A stretch of 64,000 bases of DNA from Candidatus Latescibacterota bacterium (lineage in GTDB: Bacteria > Latescibacterota > UBA2968 > GCA-2709665), in NCBI GenBank assembly GCA_965219455.1, contig OZ244744.1, positions 4,992,001 to 5,056,000 on the forward strand, written 5' to 3'. This document shows positions 9,076-17,879 of this stretch, in pieces; position 1 is the first letter of the stretch; every line of letters starts with the position of its first letter. The position numbers and the translations under genes were made by a program. A model generated the notes under the pieces. That model searched no databases, was not told where the DNA came from, and saw only the letters and a program-made list of their open reading frames with translations.

Positions 9076-10299
9076 CTAGAGGTCGGAGAAAGGCAAGGCG
9101 GTAACAGCCGGTCCGAGCGGTAAGCGGATGTCGCCCGGATGCACGACGTAGCCCGGTTTCGATCCGCTTTTCATATCGCCCTGGAATTTCCTGATAGCGG
9201 AGGCCATCACCGGACGGGGGGTAGCGGACAACTTCACCTCGATGGGAACCAGCCCGGCGCCTGTCTCGACCACGAAATCGACTTCCGTTCCCGCCAGGGT
9301 CCGCCAGAAGTAGACCTGCGGGTCTATCCCTCGATGGGTCAATGTCCGGACAATTTCGGACAGGACCGCCGTCTCCATGATGGCGCCGCCCATTGGACCG
9401 GAGGCGGCATGCTCCGGATCCTTGAGGCCGACCAGGTGGCACAGTGTGCCGACATCGGTGAAATAGACTTTCGGGGTCTTGACAAGCCGTTTCCCGACGT
9501 TGGCGAAGTAGGGGCGCAGGACGATCACCTGGTACGTGGCCTCGAGTACGGACAGCCAGGCCTTGATCGTATTGACCGCAACCCCAAGGTCGCGTGCGAC
9601 GTCGGTCAGACTCAGGAGTTGGGCGCTTCGAGCCGCGAGTACGCGCAGAAAACTCTGATATTGAGTCAGGTCGCCGACTTGCCGCAGCGTGCGCACGTCC
9701 CGTTCGAGATAAGTCTGAATGTAGCTGGCATGCCAGAGCGAGACATCCCTGTCGGGTTGGGTCGCGAGTTCCGGATAACCGCCTCTAAGGAAGCCCTTCC
9801 ACAATTCGCCGAATCCACTCGACGATCTTGAAGACGACGGGCGTTCGCGTTCCCAGGGCAGGGATGCCTGTGGGCGCCCTTCGGCTTCACGCCTCGACAA
9901 CGGCAACAGCCGAAGCATGGCGGCACGGCCCGCCAGCGACTCGGTCACGTTTTGGGCGAGCAAGAGATTCTGTGAACCGGTCAACAGATATTGACCGGTT
10001 CTGTTTCGGTTCGCGTCGATCTTCTCCTTGATATAGGGGAGCAGATCAGGCGCGTAATGTACCTCGTCATAGATAACCGGCGCCGGATACAACTCCAGGA
10101 ACCCGCGCGGGTCTTCAGTTGCGGCCGCTCGGACGTCCGGGGGCTCTAGAGACACGTAGTGATACCGCTGTGCGAAGAGACGTTGAAGCAGTGTTGTCTT
10201 GCCGGACTGGCGCGGTCCGGTCAGGACGACGGCAGGGAATTCGACAGCCGCCTTCTTGAGGACCGGTTCCAGTGAGCGTTTGATGTACGATTGGCTCAT
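9076..10299 (-). CDS. AAA+ ATPase with DUF4143 domain
   Basis: LTGPRQSGKTT, DEVHYAP, LTGSQ, ESLAGR, GGYPE, YLERDVR, KTPKVYFTDVG, EVDFVV, IEVK. Confidence 0.9.
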   Translation of the reverse strand: MSQSYIKRSLEPVLKKAAVEFPAVVLTGPRQSGKTTLLQRLFAQRYHYVSLEPPDVRAAATEDPRGFLELYPAPVIYDEVHYAPDLLPYIKEKIDANRNRTGQYLLTGSQNLLLAQNVTESLAGRAAMLRLLPLSRREAEGRPQASLPWERERPSSSRSSSGFGELWKGFLRGGYPELATQPDRDVSLWHASYIQTYLERDVRTLRQVGDLTQYQSFLRVLAARSAQLLSLTDVARDLGVAVNTIKAWLSVLEATYQVIVLRPYFANVGKRLVKTPKVYFTDVGTLCHLVGLKDPEHAASGPMGGAIMETAVLSEIVRTLTHRGIDPQVYFWRTLAGTEVDFVVETGAGLVPIEVKLSATPRPVMASAIRKFQGDMKSGSKPGYVVHPGDIRLPLGPAVTALPFSDL

Positions 10300-10307
10300 A
10301 ACTGGAA

Positions 10308-10335
10308 ATTATGCAATTGAAATGCAAAATGTCAA
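10308..10335 (-). promoter_or_regulatory. Promoter for the AAA ATPase, probably leaderless transcript
   Basis: TTGACA-16 bp-CATAAT ending 8 nt before the ATG. TGCA-N7-TGCA palindrome overlaps the spacer. Confidence 0.5.
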
Positions 10336-10413
10336 TCAAAACCTCTTCGCTGGTTCTACAAATTCAGTCTGCCAGTATCAAATCCGTGATCCAGTTTATA
10401 TTCCGGCGATCGA

Positions 10414-11244
10414 TCACTCCGCCGTTTGTTCACGCGCGGACTTTGCTTTCCTGCTCCACTCCTGTGCAAGCCGGCGGGCTTCTGCTATCTGGGCGGGCGT
10501 CATCGACTTTTCCAGGTTGTCGCGCACGATTCTCCCCAGGCTGTCTCCCGCGGCGGCGGCCAGACTGCAATGGGCATGGGCTGAAACGTCGTCACGATCC
10601 AGGCCGAGGCCCATGGCGTACATCATACCGAGTTGGGATCGGGCAGGCGCATAGCCCTGATCGACGGCGCGGCGGAACCACTTGACCGCCTCCGCGTAGT
10701 CCCGGGGCACCCCGCGGGCGCTGGCGTACATGGTCCCGAGGAGGTATTGGGCGCCGACGTGGTTCTGATCGGCAGCGCGCCGGTACCACGTGACCGCCAC
10801 CTTGACGTCCGGCTTCAGACCTCGCCCAATCCGAAACATCGTCCCGAGGTTGACCTGGGCGTCCGCGTTTCCCTGATCGGCGGCGGCGCGGTACCATTTG
10901 ACCGCCTCTGCGTCGTTCCGCTCGACGCCCAGACCACTGGCGTACATCCATCCCAGGTTGTTCTGCGCTCCCGGGTGACCCTGGTCTGCGGCGCGACGGT
11001 ACAACCTGGCCGCCTCCGCGCCGTCCTGTTTTACGCCTCGGCCCGCCTGGTACCTCAGCCCCAGGTTGTATTGGGCTTCGGCTTCGCCACGCCCGGCGCG
11101 TCGCCGCACCTCCTCCACGTCCTCATCGCGTTGTTCTTCAGCGCAACCCGCGGCAGCAAGCACGAGAATCGTGAGGACGGTCGTCGTCAACCCTGTTCGT
11201 CCATACACCATTGGAGCACTCTCCATAGACGGATCACGTGTCAC
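10414..11244 (-). CDS. SEL1-like repeat protein, probable lipoprotein
   Basis: Repeated AQxNLGxMYxxGxGVxxDxxEAVKWYRxAADQG units. LAAAGC lipobox-like segment. Confidence 0.9.
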   Translation of the reverse strand: MTRDPSMESAPMVYGRTGLTTTVLTILVLAAAGCAEEQRDEDVEEVRRRAGRGEAEAQYNLGLRYQAGRGVKQDGAEAARLYRRAADQGHPGAQNNLGWMYASGLGVERNDAEAVKWYRAAADQGNADAQVNLGTMFRIGRGLKPDVKVAVTWYRRAADQNHVGAQYLLGTMYASARGVPRDYAEAVKWFRRAVDQGYAPARSQLGMMYAMGLGLDRDDVSAHAHCSLAAAAGDSLGRIVRDNLEKSMTPAQIAEARRLAQEWSRKAKSAREQTAE

Positions 11245-11266
11245 GAACGCAGTGGATTCACCCCCG

Positions 11267-12352
11267 CTAAAACTCGAAGGTGAAGATTTCGATCTTGAGT
11301 CGGCCCGGTTCGGCTTTCGTGAAGTCCTGGGCCTTGAATTGGTCGGGCACTTTGGACCAGCCTTCGTAGATCTTGCCGCCGAAGTAGAACCGCCGCGTCG
11401 TGCCGGGCTTCGTGGTCGGACTGCCCGACGCGAAGAGGTCGTAGGAACGCTCCGGGGCGCGCGGGCCGGTTTTGTCGACGTGAGGCACGTACTCCCTGAG
11501 ACCGTCGCCGTCCACGTCTGCTCGAATCCAGTCGAGATGGAGCAGGCGATGGTAGCTGCGGTCGGCGATCATGCCGAGGATCGCGGCGTTGAACCGCGAG
11601 ATGATCGACTCTGCGTCCGGAAGCGACCGGCGGACGGCGAGGTGAAGCGAGCGTATGAGCAGGGGCGCCGAGCCGAACGCCAATCGCGTTCGAGCGACTT
11701 CCGCGTGGTTGCTGATGAGGTACTGGATTACCAGATCGTCCATCAGCGTGTAGTCCACGTTACCTTTGAGGAGTTTCGCGACGCTGTTCTCTTCGCTGTT
11801 CGAGCCAACGATGATCGGCCCATCCGTTGTCTCGACAGCCTCGCCATACGCGTACCCGGCAACCAGGGCGATCCGCTTGCCGGCGAGGTCGGCCAGCGAG
11901 GCCGCGGACACGTCGCTGCCCTGCCGCCCGACGAGGATCAACCGGTTCTCGAGATACGGCTGCGAGTAAATCAGAACGCTTTCGCGCTCCGTGTCCTTCC
12001 AGAGGGCCGCGCTTCCGTCGAACTCGCCGCCCAGTAGGGAGGGCGTCAGCCTGGCCTCGTCCACGATGACTGTTTCGGCGGTCATACCCATGCGCTTTAG
12101 AGCCATTTCGACCAGATTGAGTGCGAACCGCGGCTGACCGGGCGCGTTGGTGAACGGCGGCCACGCCGTCGACACGAACTTCAGTTGCCGATCCTTCGCC
12201 GCCGCCATGATCGGTATGGCGATGATCAGGAGCAGCAGCACTCCAGCACTCCACCGGATCCAAGGAAGAAGCCGGCTTCGGCGCATGGGTCGTGACCTTT
12301 CTGGTTTGCGCTCGTCGTTCGCTGACATGTCGTGCCTGAAATCAAAAGTCAT
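11267..12352 (-). CDS. Extracellular solute-binding protein (family 3-like); exact start uncertain
   Basis: Signal/TM segment, WPPF, YSQPYLEN, LAGKRIALVAGYAYG. Confidence 0.7.
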   Translation of the reverse strand: MTFDFRHDMSANDERKPERSRPMRRSRLLPWIRWSAGVLLLLIIAIPIMAAAKDRQLKFVSTAWPPFTNAPGQPRFALNLVEMALKRMGMTAETVIVDEARLTPSLLGGEFDGSAALWKDTERESVLIYSQPYLENRLILVGRQGSDVSAASLADLAGKRIALVAGYAYGEAVETTDGPIIVGSNSEENSVAKLLKGNVDYTLMDDLVIQYLISNHAEVARTRLAFGSAPLLIRSLHLAVRRSLPDAESIISRFNAAILGMIADRSYHRLLHLDWIRADVDGDGLREYVPHVDKTGPRAPERSYDLFASGSPTTKPGTTRRFYFGGKIYEGWSKVPDQFKAQDFTKAEPGRLKIEIFTFEF

Positions 12353-12683
12353 TCTTCACCCCTCCCGCTATTTACGTTATCGCATTCTACTCCATGCCGC
12401 ACTGAAGGATTGACAGCACGTTTCAGGTCCGCAGATCCGACGTCCCCGCGCCGGCTGAAATCTCGACCCTGCAAATCTCTAACTTACAAAAATACGCCGA
12501 TTGTCTCATTTTGTAATAGACAAAACAATAGTTGCCTAGACATCTCAAACCGCAAACCGTCTCCGTACCATGAAACTCAGACAGAACGTCTCCGACCACG
12601 CACAGAGAAGGTTGTGTTCGAGATGCGAGTGATTATCGCGGATGTGATTGGACCTGTAATGCGCGTCGTCAGCCTTGAGGCGA

Positions 12684-13502
12684 TTACCCGCATGGGGGCA
12701 GGTCACACAATGAGATCGTCACCAGGTTCTTTCCAGGTGCGTGTGCCTTCTCAGTTGTTCGACGGATCATTATCTCGACCGCTTTTCTCAAAAATCGCCG
12801 CTCTGCCGCTGTCAGATCCTGCTTGACACCCTCACGCTTTCTTGCCTCCGATGGACCACCTCTTTTGGTTGATAAATTTCCAATTCTATCCAGTACTTTT
12901 TTGGAAACCTGAAAATATTCCGTGGCAGCATCGCGTCCTTTTTTCTTTATTTTTCGGTTGTTATGGCGTCCAATCTCTTCTTTGGCCATCCATTCCAAGA
13001 TAGTCACACCGAAATACGCCATCCCGGTTAACGGCTCGCGGCCTCGGCGATACCCCAAATACCGATCATACATTGTCTTGACGTCCGGCGTGACGCTGAC
13101 ATCGGCCGGCGGTGACGGGTAACTCGTGGCAACTCTGGAAACAGAAACTGCAATGGATGCCGGTGGGAATATCACTGGTGTTAGGTATAATTCTACAGCT
13201 CCCGGCGGTGGCGTCTGAGGATTGCGGTCCACAATCTCAGGGCGTTCATAGTTCAACCTAAAGCTGTCCGGGCCACCTTGCAGGCAAGCGGCAAATTCCC
13301 AGTTACGAATGTATTCCTCAATGGATTCACGAGCCTCGGCTTCGTCTGCGTAATGATCCTTCAGGAAAAACGACGCTTTCTTGTCCTTCACTTTGAGACG
13401 AAACGCTTTTTCTTCTACAACGAGCGGTTCCGCTTTGTCGTAGTTCACCGAATTTCCGTGATCAATATTGTAAAATAACGCGACCACGTGGGGGTCGTTC
13501 AT
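12684..13502 (-). CDS. Hypothetical protein
   Basis: Lower-GC ORF. ATG at 13502 preceded by GGGAG. No recognised motif. Confidence 0.6.
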   Translation of the reverse strand: MNDPHVVALFYNIDHGNSVNYDKAEPLVVEEKAFRLKVKDKKASFFLKDHYADEAEARESIEEYIRNWEFAACLQGGPDSFRLNYERPEIVDRNPQTPPPGAVELYLTPVIFPPASIAVSVSRVATSYPSPPADVSVTPDVKTMYDRYLGYRRGREPLTGMAYFGVTILEWMAKEEIGRHNNRKIKKKGRDAATEYFQVSKKVLDRIGNLSTKRGGPSEARKREGVKQDLTAAERRFLRKAVEIMIRRTTEKAHAPGKNLVTISLCDLPPCG

Positions 13503-13619
13503 TGCGTACTCCCGTTCCACGTTCCTGCGATCAACGGCTCTCCTCGTCGTATGCTGCAATACCATCTAGGTGGACGGGTTCTTCAATTACACACTCGTGA
13601 AGCGCAGGTCCGCCGAAGT

Positions 13620-13835
13620 TCACCCCGCTTTGTAAGCGCGCACCGGCAACGCCGTCGTTTCCAAAGTGGAGAGGTCCAGCCGGATGGAAGCCCTGTCGAT
13701 GTCAAATCCCACGACATCGCCGTTGGCGTCAAGATCGACATTCAGACCGTCGGCGACCTCGCGAGATTCCGTGCCCGGTTCGGGTTTGAATTCGACGTAG
13801 AGGCTGTCGGTCTCCGGATAATAGTGTAGTTTCAT
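13620..13835 (-). CDS. DUF2283-family protein, putative antitoxin
   Basis: MKLHYYPETDSLYVEF...VDLDANGDVVGFDI. Confidence 0.85.
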   Translation of the reverse strand: MKLHYYPETDSLYVEFKPEPGTESREVADGLNVDLDANGDVVGFDIDRASIRLDLSTLETTALPVRAYKAG

Positions 13836-14083
13836 TGCATTTCCTTTCGAAATCCCCTGTCAAAGAATGCATTGTGAATAGTCTCGCCGTCGTCCAACGC
13901 TACGACCCGGAGAAAGCGGGTCGTTCGTTCTCCGGGAGGTGAGACTTCGCCCCGGATGCGTATACGGCCGTCCGGCTGTTTTTCGCGCCGAATTGGCGAG
14001 GTAATGACCTCAATGCACCATTTCGGATCGATGTAGGGGCGCTTACGTAGCACTTGCTCCTCTAAATAGCGTGTCGTTTTTAT
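13832..14083 (-). CDS. Putative RelE/BrnT-like toxin partner of DUF2283; start codon doubtful (ATA)
   Basis: IKTTRYLEEQVLRKRPYI...QPDGRIR...FLRVVALDDGETIHNAFFDR. Stop overlaps the DUF2283 start. Confidence 0.55.
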   Translation of the reverse strand: MKTTRYLEEQVLRKRPYIDPKWCIEVITSPIRREKQPDGRIRIRGEVSPPGERTTRFLRVVALDDGETIHNAFFDRGFRKEMQ

Positions 14084-14415
14084 ATGCTGTCTTCGGGCGG
14101 CTCCGTTTGTTGCGCGCGAGTACAGGCGAACGGCGATTGACCGCACCAGGGTCGGCTCTTCATTCCGGCGATTTCGTCCACGATTGCCTCAAGTCATCAA
14201 ATTCGACGGAACGCGCTTGGCGGGCATCTGTTGGATGCCAATGGAATATATAAGAATCGGCATTGGTGGGCAATTCAACCCTGATCCGAACACGTTGCAT
14301 TTTGCGACAGTTCCGGTGGGCGAGGAGCAATCAGCGATCAGTTATCAGCAGTCAGCCAAAACCGGACATTGATATGGCCCGGCGAAGCCAATGGGAGATG
14401 CGCGCGCCACGACGA

Positions 14416-14519
14416 GGGCAACCACAAGGGTTGCCCCTACAAATGCCAAGGCGGCGCGTAACACGGCGATATCAATATCAAGGATGTCAGATTTTGTAGG
14501 GGCGGTTCGCGAACCGCCC
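14416..14519. repeat. Pair of GTAG-type REP-like palindromes in inverted orientation
   Basis: GGGCAACCACAAGGGTTGCCCCTACA (14416-14441) and TGTAGGGGCGGTTCGCGAACCGCCC (14495-14519). Confidence 0.7.
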
Positions 14520-14775
14520 GTCTTTCCGCGCCGACAATGGGCTCACACAAAGGCACGAAGACATATAGGAAACGCAGCGACCAGCCATCAGCATTCAGCG
14601 AGAAACCGACAGCAAAGAACCTGCGGGAGTCCTCTGCGATATATCCAAACGATTGGGCGGGCGGGACGCACGCATCTTAAGGTGTCCCAAAATGAGATAA
14701 TGAGACAGAGGGAAATGACCTCACAGACCCGGAGCACAACCGATCATCATTGGCCGGTTTCCACCGGTACCCTAC

Positions 14776-16425
14776 CTACGCCTTAATCTTTCCCGAATCC
14801 AGTTCCGCAAGGCAGGTTTTGACGACAACGTCACTGGTTGTCGCCTCCGCCGTGATAACCCGGGTGGCGCCTGCGGCTCGCAGCGAAATTTCGTCCATGT
14901 CGTAGAGGGTGCGCGCGACGATGGGGATGCCGGGCGCCACGGCGCGAATCGCACGGACGGCAATTTCGGTTGCACGGGTGTCATTAATGGTTACGACAAC
15001 CAGCCGCGCGTTTTTGCAGCCAAGGTCCTCGAGAACTTCCGTCCGGGTGACGTCGCCGTACACCGCCACGTCTCCCGCCGCTTTTGCCTTGTGGACATTG
15101 TCGACGTTCACGTCGACTGCAACACAGGCGAACCCCGCGTTTCGAGCCGCCCGACAGACTTCTCTGCCCGCCCGGCCGTACCCGGCGACGATAACATGGT
15201 CGCTGTACGGTTCGTGGGAATCGATTCCGGGAGGCTCGGCACCCAGAATCCGGTTGAGCCATGGGATTCGGCTGACGCCGAGCGCCAGGTGCGGGGCGAA
15301 TGCGATGGCCATGGGTGTGAGCAACATGGACAGGATGATCGCCACCAGGAGGTTGTGGGATAGTGTGGGATCGAGGAGGCTGGTTCCCGAGGCTGCCTTC
15401 AGAAGCACGAACGAAAACTCGCCGATCTGGCACAACGTGGCCGCGGACTGAATCGCTACGCGCAGCGGCAGCCGAAGCACGAGGCCCATTCCAAGCACGA
15501 TGGCGAATTTGCCCACGAGAATAATGGCGCAGAGCCCGAGCGTCGGCAGAAGGTGCGCGAACACTTCCGAAACGTCCAGCAGCATGCCCACGGAAACGAA
15601 GAACAGACTGGCGAAGGCTTCGCGCACGGGAATCAGGTCCGACATTGCCTGGTGACGAAACTCGCTTCCTGCGACGATCAGGCCCGCCAGGAACGCACCC
15701 AGCGCCAGCGAGAGTCCCGCCAGCGAAAGCGCCCAGGCAATTCCAAAACAGACGAGAAAGACGGTCAGAACAAATAATTCTCTCTCCCTCGTCCTGGCCA
15801 CGAATGCGAGTATAAACGGAACAACGCGGTTGGCTGCAACGAGCACACCTACCAGGATGGCGAGGCCTGTGGCGGCTGCCAACGCGATTTCCAGCGCCGA
15901 GCTTTCCTGTCCGGCCAGAAATGGCACAACGAGGATCATCGGAATCACGCACAGGTCCTGGAAGATCAGGATGCCAACGGCCAGGCGACCGTGCGGCGCA
16001 TCGAGTTCACCCCGCGCGGAAAGGCCTCGCAGGACAATGGCCGTGCTGGAAACGGCAACGATAAAGCCCAGAAACACCGCGTGGCCGGTCGCTAGACCGA
16101 ACCAGCCTGCGGCAATCGCGGTGCAAACGATGGTTGTCGCCACCTGAATCCCTCCGCCCAGCAGCACGGCTCTCCAGAGGCGCCGCATATGGCTCAGTGA
16201 GAGTTCCAGACCGATCCCGAAGAGCAGGAGGACGATTCCGATCTCTGCCAGCACCTCAACCTGGTGGGTGTCGTCCACGAGGCCCAGCGCCGTGGGTCCG
16301 GCCAGCATACCCGCCAGAATCAGCCCGGCGATCGGCGGGATCCCCGCGCGGCGCAGTACCGTAGCAACCAGGACAGCCGATCCGAGAACGATAATCAGAT
16401 CCTTGAGATAGTCGATTTCAGGCAC
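14776..16425 (-). CDS. CPA2-family cation:proton antiporter with TrkA-N domain (KefB/KefC/YbaL-like)
   Basis: LAEIGIVLLLFGIGLE, SSTAIV, GILIFQDL, LGAFLAG, QIGEFSFVL, IVAGYGRAG, YGDVT. GTG at 16425 follows GGAG. Confidence 0.92.
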   Translation of the reverse strand: MPEIDYLKDLIIVLGSAVLVATVLRRAGIPPIAGLILAGMLAGPTALGLVDDTHQVEVLAEIGIVLLLFGIGLELSLSHMRRLWRAVLLGGGIQVATTIVCTAIAAGWFGLATGHAVFLGFIVAVSSTAIVLRGLSARGELDAPHGRLAVGILIFQDLCVIPMILVVPFLAGQESSALEIALAAATGLAILVGVLVAANRVVPFILAFVARTRERELFVLTVFLVCFGIAWALSLAGLSLALGAFLAGLIVAGSEFRHQAMSDLIPVREAFASLFFVSVGMLLDVSEVFAHLLPTLGLCAIILVGKFAIVLGMGLVLRLPLRVAIQSAATLCQIGEFSFVLLKAASGTSLLDPTLSHNLLVAIILSMLLTPMAIAFAPHLALGVSRIPWLNRILGAEPPGIDSHEPYSDHVIVAGYGRAGREVCRAARNAGFACVAVDVNVDNVHKAKAAGDVAVYGDVTRTEVLEDLGCKNARLVVVTINDTRATEIAVRAIRAVAPGIPIVARTLYDMDEISLRAAGATRVITAEATTSDVVVKTCLAELDSGKIKA

Positions 16426-16882
16426 GCGTTTTAATCTCCAAAGTACATCAAAGGAGCCCTTGGCATCGATATCACACAGCCAATGGCGAATCCAGTTCAT
16501 CTTCGAACGGAAGCGGACCGGATATCGAAAGAGTACTGACTATATATGATCTCAACGGGTTCAGGTCAATTCCGAAGTTGGGTAAACGCCAAAAAAATCC
16601 GCGCCGATATCGGCCGTAAGGCGGATTTCGGCGCATTGAGAAACGTGTTGGAGATGCCAGGGGCGTTGCAGGCAGCCGCGACAGGCTTCGCCGCCAACCG
16701 TGCGCGCGAACAAAGAAAAGGCGGGGGACAATCTGGTTGGACGTGGGCTGGCGAGGGCCTGGGAAAAGGGTCCGTGCGATGTCCTGACGTAGCCGGACTT
16801 CCTTTGCAGAAGCAGACAGGAGAATTCAGCGCTTGTTGCGGACCTGTTTATGGACTATATTTGGACTGGAAAGGAGGCGCCC

Positions 16883-17158
16883 ATGAAACTGTCCAGCCAG
16901 ATTAAGCCGATCAGCTATCTCAAGGCCCACGCCTCGGAGATCGTGCGCACGCTCCGAGATCAGGGAGAACCTCTGGTCATCACTCAAAATGGCGAAGCCA
17001 AGGTGGTGCTACAGGATATCGACAGCTTTGAGGAGACGCAGGAGACGATGGCGCTGCTCAAGATTCTCGCACTGGGCAACCGGCAGATCGAGGCCGGCCA
17101 GGTGGAACCCGCGGCGGACGTGATCGCGCGGCTCCGGGAGCGGAAACGGGATCGCTGA
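16883..17158 (+). CDS. Phd/YefM-family antitoxin
   Basis: IKPISYLKAHASEIV...EPLVITQNGEAKVVLQD. RBS AGGAGG. Confidence 0.9.
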   Translation: MKLSSQIKPISYLKAHASEIVRTLRDQGEPLVITQNGEAKVVLQDIDSFEETQETMALLKILALGNRQIEAGQVEPAADVIARLRERKRDR

Positions 17159-17484
17159 TGTCCTTTCGCGTTCAGTTGACCGATGACGCCGCCCGCGACC
17201 TGGAAGCAATCTGCGACTATATCGACCGACACGATTCGCCGGCCCGAGCGGATCACGTGCTGGAACGGATCGAAAGGACGTTCCAGGCCCTGTCCGAGCA
17301 TCCGCAGCGTGGGAGCTATCCGAGGGAGTTGCTCGACGTCGGGGTGCGCGAGTACCGGGAGGTCTTCTTCAAGCCCTACCGCATCATCTATCGGGTGATC
17401 GGCGATACGGTCTTTGTGCTCGTCATCGCGGATGGGCGGCGTGACATGCAGACATTGCTGCAGCGGCGCCTGCTGCAAGCTTGA
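17158..17484 (+). CDS. RelE/ParE-family toxin
   Basis: VQLTDDAARDLEAICDYI...PQRG...YRE...PYRIIYRV...DGRRDM. Coupled to the antitoxin by TGATG. Confidence 0.9.
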   Translation: MSFRVQLTDDAARDLEAICDYIDRHDSPARADHVLERIERTFQALSEHPQRGSYPRELLDVGVREYREVFFKPYRIIYRVIGDTVFVLVIADGRRDMQTLLQRRLLQA

Positions 17485-17500
17485 GACATTCCCGGATACG

Positions 17501-17536
17501 ACAAGACCCCGCAGGCATTTTGCCGCGGGGTCTTGT
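17501..17536. terminator. Stem-loop between the convergent toxin gene and tRNA-Asn
   Basis: ACAAGACCCCGC / GCGGGGTCTTGT, 12-bp stem. Confidence 0.65.
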
Positions 17537-17570
17537 GTTGGAATGCAATGGGCAGGGAGACTAAAAAAAA

Positions 17571-17646
17571 TGGCTCCGGCGGTAGGACTCGAACCTACGA
17601 CCTAGTGGTTAACAGCCACCCGCTCTGCCAGCTGAGCTACGCCGGA
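17571..17646 (-). tRNA. tRNA-Asn(GTT)
   Basis: Reverse complement TCCGGCGTAGCTCAG...CTGTTAA...GTTCGAGTCC...CGCCGGAGCCA, 76 nt, encoded CCA. Confidence 0.97.
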
Positions 17647-17670
17647 ACCCTGTAATCCAAGAGCGGGAAG

Positions 17671-17699
17671 AACTTACCACAAGGGGATTGTGGTGTCAA
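17671..17699 (-). promoter_or_regulatory. Promoter of tRNA-Asn
   Basis: TTGACA-17 bp-TAAGTT on the minus strand. Confidence 0.65.
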
Positions 17700-17879
17700 G
17701 CACAAAATCGGCTAAAGCCGCCCTCGTCGCCGCAGTGAAATGGACGGTTTCGCGCGTTCATGAAGGCGAGGTCGCGGATGGCGTTTGTGTACCCGGATTC
17801 GGCCTTGACATCATGCCGGGGGCGGTCTATTTTGGGGCCTTGTTTTTGGAGACAGTGAACCCCTTTGTCCGGAGATGAA

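Noticed and set aside
12500-14701. 13/14 inverted match ATTGTCTCATTTTG / CAAAATGAGATAAT as element ends
   Set aside because: No target duplication or transposase inside; could be regulator sites or chance.
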